Positions 16,049-18,011 of a stretch of DNA of 18,011 nt are shown in pieces. Origin of the DNA: a virus (Duplodnaviria; Heunggongvirae; Uroviricota; Caudoviricetes); the IMG/VR virus record IMGVR_UViG_2645727539_000006; one strand, 5' to 3'. Position numbers and translations under genes: made by a program. Each line of letters starts with the position of its first letter. Position 1 is the stretch's first letter. Under the pieces are notes generated by a model. That model worked only from the letters and a program-made list of their open reading frames with translations, searched no databases and was not told the DNA's origin.

Positions 16049-16181
16049 CACTAAAAGCAGGATCACAACAGCAAGCAGACACAGTTTATAAAACAATGTT
16101 CAGAAAACGCATTCAGCATGCCTAAGGTTCTATTCCTACGAATAGCCAACTTGCAACTTAAAATATTATTTATGCAGCCAA

Positions 16182-16922
16182 TTAAATTCTGGTCCTTACA
16201 ATATCAACCTGAAGATTCTTATCTTGTGCTGATTGATAAATGACAAACCTTTTACTACCTGCATTGAAAGAAGTAGACAAAACCAGACAATTATCATAAC
16301 GAGCAAGAACATAATACCAACCATCATTATAATTAATCATTTCATATTCTTTCTTAAACTGTGGTTTGTAATATCCTGTCAGAAATGAAAAAAGCCAAAA
16401 ATATGCCACAAAAGCAATCATCACAATCTCAAAAAAATGTTTTTTTATAAATGGCTTATCATAGAAGCATGATACCGATAAAAATCGCCCATAAGATCTT
16501 ATCGAAATTGTAACCGCCAGCGCAATCGCTGCTGACAGTAGCAAAAGAGGTACCTGAATCTTCTGTCTCAATATAGAAAACTCAATAATTGCCGGCACAA
16601 ACAATAATTCCACAGCAAAATAAAGGCGAAATACATTTAGCTCTTGCATAGAATGTTTTCTTTTCACTGCGAAAAAGAATACAACACCAATACCCCAACC
16701 GATAAGAAATATAGCAATGACGATAACTGCAAAAAATAAACTTCTGGCAACATCATCAACACCTGCACCTACAATCCACCATGGGAAGCCGTAGTAAAAA
16801 GAAGTACCCCATCCATAGAAATAAGCACTCCCCCATCCATAGAAATAAGCACTCCCCCATCCAAGGCATCCCATGTAGGCAATAAAAAGTGAAGAACTCC
16901 TGAGCAGCGCACCATCCTTCAT
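16182..16922 (-). CDS. unrecognised polytopic membrane protein with N-terminal Gly/aromatic tandem repeats (phage cargo gene)
   Basis: Long ORF (ORF track 16182..16964) in visibly AT-rich DNA; likely start is the ATG at 16920-16922 (MKDGALL...) preceded by GGGGTGG. Has GWGSAYFY-GWGSAYFY-GWGTSFYY repeats, at least four hydrophobic helices (e.g. LFFAVIVIAIFLIGWGIGVVFFFAV; VPLLLLSAAIALAVTISI) and a ~55-aa soluble C-terminus. No family recognised from memory. Confidence 0.55.
   Translation of the reverse strand: MKDGALLRSSSLFIAYMGCLGWGSAYFYGWGSAYFYGWGTSFYYGFPWWIVGAGVDDVARSLFFAVIVIAIFLIGWGIGVVFFFAVKRKHSMQELNVFRLYFAVELLFVPAIIEFSILRQKIQVPLLLLSAAIALAVTISIRSYGRFLSVSCFYDKPFIKKHFFEIVMIAFVAYFWLFSFLTGYYKPQFKKEYEMINYNDGWYYVLARYDNCLVLSTSFNAGSKRFVIYQSAQDKNLQVDIVRTRI
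16807..16863 (-). repeat. perfect 24-bp tandem duplication (plus part of a third copy) inside the membrane-protein gene
   Basis: Plus strand CCCCATCCATAGAAATAAGCACTC at 16807-16830 and again at 16831-16854, followed by CCCCATCCA; encodes the GWGSAYFY repeats. Confidence 0.9.
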
Positions 16923-16960
16923 AACCACCCCAATACAAGATGATAACATTGGCTTACAAC

Positions 16961-16989
16961 TCATAACAAAAGCAATTCAATGCCGTCAA
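16961..16989 (-). promoter_or_regulatory. candidate sigma70 promoter for the cargo gene (weak -10)
   Basis: Minus strand TTGACG (plus 16984-16989), 17-nt spacer, TTATGA (plus 16961-16966). The -35 is good, the -10 is poor. Confidence 0.25.
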
Positions 16990-17061
16990 GAGGTTACAGG
17001 CTAAAAAAACTCTATTACATAGCAGCCAGCATGTTTACCGTACAAGTACAACTCAGGGCAT

Positions 17062-17085
17062 AAAAAAAACCCACTCGGCAGCGGG
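17062..17085 (-). terminator. intrinsic terminator ~50 nt downstream of the Q-like gene (candidate tR')
   Basis: Minus strand CCCGCT-GCCG-AGTGGG (6-bp stem with one G-U pair) followed by 8 T. Confidence 0.5.
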
Positions 17086-17121
17086 TTTATACATTTTTTA
17101 CAACATACCAAATTTGCATGA

Positions 17122-17150
17122 AGTATATGGCTTTTAATCCAGTTTTGCAA
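17122..17150 (-). promoter_or_regulatory. candidate late promoter pR' overlapping the 3' end of the Q-like gene
   Basis: Minus strand TTGCAA (17145-17150), 17-nt spacer, TATACT (17122-17127); a -10-like TGGTATGTT lies in the early transcribed region (possible sigma-dependent pause); the predicted ~50-nt transcript ends at the terminator at 17062-17085. Confidence 0.35.
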
Positions 17151-17907
17151 TATTTTGCTGTAAAAATGCTGCCTTTTGTTTTGAACGTGTTCTCGTCACA
17201 AGCAATAAAGCATCACTATCAAGCTGTAGAAAAATGTGCTTCATTGCAACCCAGCGTTCAGTAAATGTCTCGGACCAGTTTTTTGTTGTCACTCCCACCA
17301 ATGATGCCAGTGTCTGGTATTCATAGGCCTCACGCCCTGCAAGTTCGCTCTTCACATCCTGTGCAGCCAGCCAGATTAACGTCTTCAGGCGATCCAGTGT
17401 CTTACCTGCAATTTTTCTGTTACTTAACAAATCTTTAAACTCGCTCCATGCCCATTGCGTTATGGTGACCTGATGCCCCCATCGAACGCTTTCGCTGTAA
17501 CACCAAAGCAACCATGCTTTCTGATGTTCATCGAGAGACAAAACCGCGCGGCGCCATGAAGAGGTTGAGAATTCAACCGGGCTGACCAAAGCAATGGATG
17601 AACCTTTTGCGTACGACTGCTTACCGGAAGTCGGCGTATTATCCAGCGTAATCATCTTGCCAGTTACCACATCCAGAATGCGCGGCTTCTTTCGTTTGTA
17701 TGTACCAGTATCAAATTGTGCATGCTCCTGCCAGGCTTCGAGCTGGCCTTTCGTTGCTCCGTTCAAGTCAGCAGTAGCTGCCATAAGTTGCTCACGAACA
17801 TACTGTAAATATTGGGTATTCATGCAGTAAATCCTTTCTATATTTTGGCATAATTCTTCAACATTCGGTAATCGTTCAAAACCGAATCGGGGAAACGACA
17901 TAAGCAC
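17134..17907 (-). CDS. putative late-gene antiterminator Q-like protein (assigned by position and size; family not confirmed)
   Basis: 229-257 aa ORF depending on start (GTG at 17905-17907, or the ATG at 17821-17823 with an AAAGGA Shine-Dalgarno, MNTQYLQYVREQL...). It is the last gene before the promoter/terminator module and the lysis region. No zinc-finger Cys pairs as in lambda Q, so it would be a different Q family (lengths near 250 aa occur in some prophage Q homologs, from memory). Confidence 0.4.
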   Translation of the reverse strand: MLMSFPRFGFERLPNVEELCQNIERIYCMNTQYLQYVREQLMAATADLNGATKGQLEAWQEHAQFDTGTYKRKKPRILDVVTGKMITLDNTPTSGKQSYAKGSSIALVSPVEFSTSSWRRAVLSLDEHQKAWLLWCYSESVRWGHQVTITQWAWSEFKDLLSNRKIAGKTLDRLKTLIWLAAQDVKSELAGREAYEYQTLASLVGVTTKNWSETFTERWVAMKHIFLQLDSDALLLVTRTRSKQKAAFLQQNIAKLD

Positions 17908-18011
17908 AGGAGCCCCCAGCGACAGCGAAGGAGTTCTGATATATAAGACTCAGACATCATTCATTCCCCGGTTCTCCAATATCTGTTTCACTCATCATCC
18001 ATAACTACCTG

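Noticed and set aside
15848-16054. 68-aa plus-strand ORF ending in HHHHH
   Set aside because: The His run is simply the reverse complement of the ATGGTGATGATGG start region of the minus-strand small ORF; low-complexity and no start context.
15640-16180. Possible tRNA genes (Stx phages carry tRNAs between Q and the toxin genes)
   Set aside because: I found no cloverleaf-compatible segment with a GTTCRANYC T-loop on either strand; the region is better explained by hairpin terminators and leader sequence. A tRNAscan run would settle it.
1-18011. CRISPR arrays, integrase/att sites, insertion sequences, toxin (stx) genes
   Set aside because: No spaced direct repeats of CRISPR type, no recombinase-like ORF, no terminal inverted repeats with a transposase, and no toxin-like ORFs were seen; the window lies entirely within the prophage late region.

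Overview
The window is the late region of a lambda/21-like (lambdoid) prophage, with essentially every gene on the minus strand. Reading in transcription order (high to low coordinates): a Q-like antiterminator candidate with a possible pR'/tR' module (17.1-17.9 kb); an AT-rich cargo insert encoding an unrecognised polytopic membrane protein with aromatic tandem repeats (15.9-17.0 kb); a NanS-p-like sialate O-acetylesterase (13.8-15.6 kb); a phage-21-type lysis cassette of pinholin, SAR endolysin and Rz/Rz1 (12.2-13.3 kb); a Rha-like gene and an opposite-strand YlcI-like gene; a lambda-type cos site (cosN 12-mer at 10844-10855); then Nu1, A, W, B, C/Nu3, D, E, FI, FII, Z, U, V, G/T and the start of H. 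All calls rest on my reading of the six-frame translations against remembered lambda and phage-21 proteins; no database search was run. The most interesting candidate for something undescribed is the membrane-protein cargo sitting where Stx phages carry toxin genes. Other points worth a second look are two paralogous hairpin modules on the opposite strand between nanS and the holin, apparent frameshifts in V and FI, and a triplicated scaffold repeat in C/Nu3. No integrase, att site, tRNA, CRISPR array or IS element was seen.
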